24,000 bases of DNA from NCBI GenBank assembly GCA_051016205.1, contig CP136534.1:640835-664834 (forward strand), given 5' to 3'. The notes under the pieces were generated by a model that saw nothing but the letters and a program-made list of their open reading frames with translations, was not told the DNA's origin and did no database searches. A program made the position numbers and the translations under genes. Shown piece after piece: positions 23,225-24,000 of the stretch. Each line of letters opens with the position of its first letter. Within the stretch, counting starts at the first letter, position 1. This stretch comes from Devosia sp. (lineage in GTDB: Bacteria; Pseudomonadota; Alphaproteobacteria; Rhizobiales; Amorphaceae).

Positions 23225-23465
23225 GGTCGCCCCCTTCCTGGTCGTCATTGGCTTTGCCGCGGAGGACGTCCTTCGACGGCTCGCCTGTCAGAACGTCGAC
23301 CGGCAGCTTGCCGGTGACCACCACCTGATAGCTGGCCCTTTGGTTGATCAACGTGCTTTCCAGGGTGCTGAAAAGCCCATCGATCCGCTTAAGAATGTCC
23401 TGGCCCTTCTCGATTTCATCCCCGAGATTGGCCAACGCCTTTGTGCTGTATGTGTTGAGTCTCAT
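23217..23465 (-). CDS. small hypothetical protein (82 aa)
   Basis: The ATG at 23465 is preceded by AAAGGAGA at 7 nt. Encodes MRLNTYSTKALANLGDEIEKGQDILKRIDGLFSTLESTLINQRASYQVVVTGKLPVDVL... Confidence 0.6.
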   Translation of the reverse strand: MRLNTYSTKALANLGDEIEKGQDILKRIDGLFSTLESTLINQRASYQVVVTGKLPVDVLTGEPSKDVLRGKANDDQEGGDHG

Positions 23466-23727
23466 TTGCAATTCTCCTTTCTGTATATGCGTGGTCCCGC
23501 CCAGCGTCCGCCGGCGGAGACCATGAGGTTTTGGAAAGGCCGGCCAGAAAGATCGCAGACGCCCGCTCATAGGCGGCCAGCTGGCCGGTACGCCGGCGCA
23601 GCAGCTCATAAAAGCCCGGCGTCAGATCCCCGCCGTCCAGCCGGCACCCGGCCAGAAACAGGGTCTTGAGCGCCCGCTCGCTGATCTCTGCCGCCTCGGA
23701 GAGGCCTTTGCAATCCATATAGTCCAT
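23416..23727 (-). CDS. small hypothetical protein (about 103 aa), first gene of the operon
   Basis: Starts at ATG 23727 (or GTG 23739): MDYMDCKGLSEAAEISERALKTLFLAGCRLDGGDLTPGFYELLRRRTGQLAAYERA... The last roughly 45 residues are low-quality sequence and overlap the next gene by 50 nt. Confidence 0.45.
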   Translation of the reverse strand: MDYMDCKGLSEAAEISERALKTLFLAGCRLDGGDLTPGFYELLRRRTGQLAAYERASAIFLAGLSKTSWSPPADAGRDHAYTERRIANETQHIQHKGVGQSRG

Positions 23728-23835
23728 GTCTTTCCCCACAATGCTTTACAACAATGGATCGGATTATTAGTCATAACATGTAAACAAATCGTTAATGTAT
23801 GCAAATAATCTTTGCCTCGTCGAGTATTGTCTAGT

Positions 23836-23845
23836 ATACATGTAT
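23836..23845. promoter_or_regulatory. ATACATGTAT palindrome (with a related site ATAACATGTAAA at 23773-23784), candidate operator
   Basis: A perfect 10-bp palindrome and a second ACATGT-core site about 60 bp away. Both lie inside the AT-rich 152-bp divergent spacer. Confidence 0.35.
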
Positions 23846-23879
23846 CAAATTACTTAATTTATCCGAGATAAACGTTGCC

Positions 23880-24000
23880 ATGACCGACATTTTGACCCCC
23901 GCCCAATGCCGCGCCGCTCGCGCCCTCCTTGATATCAAACAGGCCGAGCTTGCCGATGAGGCTGGGCTTTCCGCTGGCGTGGTCATTGCCTTGGAGAAGG
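23880..24000 (+). CDS. XRE-family HTH regulator, 5' part (runs off the right edge)
   Basis: The ATG at 23880 opens MTDILTPAQCRAARALLDIKQAELADEAGLSAGVVIALEK. The LTxAQCRAARALL.(W/I).Q.ELA motif is typical of small XRE/Cro-type regulators of alphaproteobacterial mobile elements. Not in the ORF track because only 40 codons fall in the window. Confidence 0.75.
   Translation, partial: MTDILTPAQCRAARALLDIKQAELADEAGLSAGVVIALEK

Noticed and set aside
1-24000. Looked for CRISPR arrays, tRNA/rRNA genes, IS elements/transposases, integrases and long terminal inverted repeats
   Set aside because: No spaced repeat arrays, cloverleaf-like segments, DDE/tyrosine-recombinase-like ORFs or matching terminal repeats were seen by eye. 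Short imperfect repeats could have been missed without computation.

Overview
High-GC accessory DNA that looks alphaproteobacterial. All calls come from reading the sequence and recalling motifs; no searches were run. The window has two parts.

**Arsenic/phosphate island, about 1.8-17.1 kb.**
- It is visibly more AT-rich than the flanks.
- On the minus strand it carries a complete arsenite-oxidase regulon: aioX-aioS-aioR, then aioB-aioA, then moeA.
- A ynfA-like gene lies next to moeA.
- A divergent plus-strand operon encodes an ArsR-ArsC fusion, a truncated and degenerate GAPDH gene, and a second PstS-like binding protein.
- A convergent pstS-pstC-pstA operon has a Pho box but no pstB or phoU.

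**Conjugative-element or plasmid-like flanks, 1-1.4 kb and 17.3-24 kb.**
- An HExxH (ImmA/IrrE-like) protein.
- A 540-bp hairpin-dense non-coding region.
- A long ParB-like protein and a small DUF736-like protein.
- An orphan serine recombinase.
- Several unknown genes.
- A small-gene operon divergent from an XRE regulator.

**Observations most worth a second look.**
1. AioR has lost the GAFTGA sigma54-contact loop and the Walker-B glutamate. This suggests sigma54-independent control of aioBA.
2. The ArsR(CC..C)-ArsC(two-Cys) fusion appears to be leaderless and has a perfect 16-bp palindrome over its start codon.
3. A PstS paralog is wired into the ars operon across a GAPDH deletion joint.
4. 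The pst operon has no ATPase gene.
5. Duplicated AAAGCCGG...CCGGCTTT hairpins lie upstream of the ParB-like gene.

No tRNA, rRNA, CRISPR array or transposase was seen.
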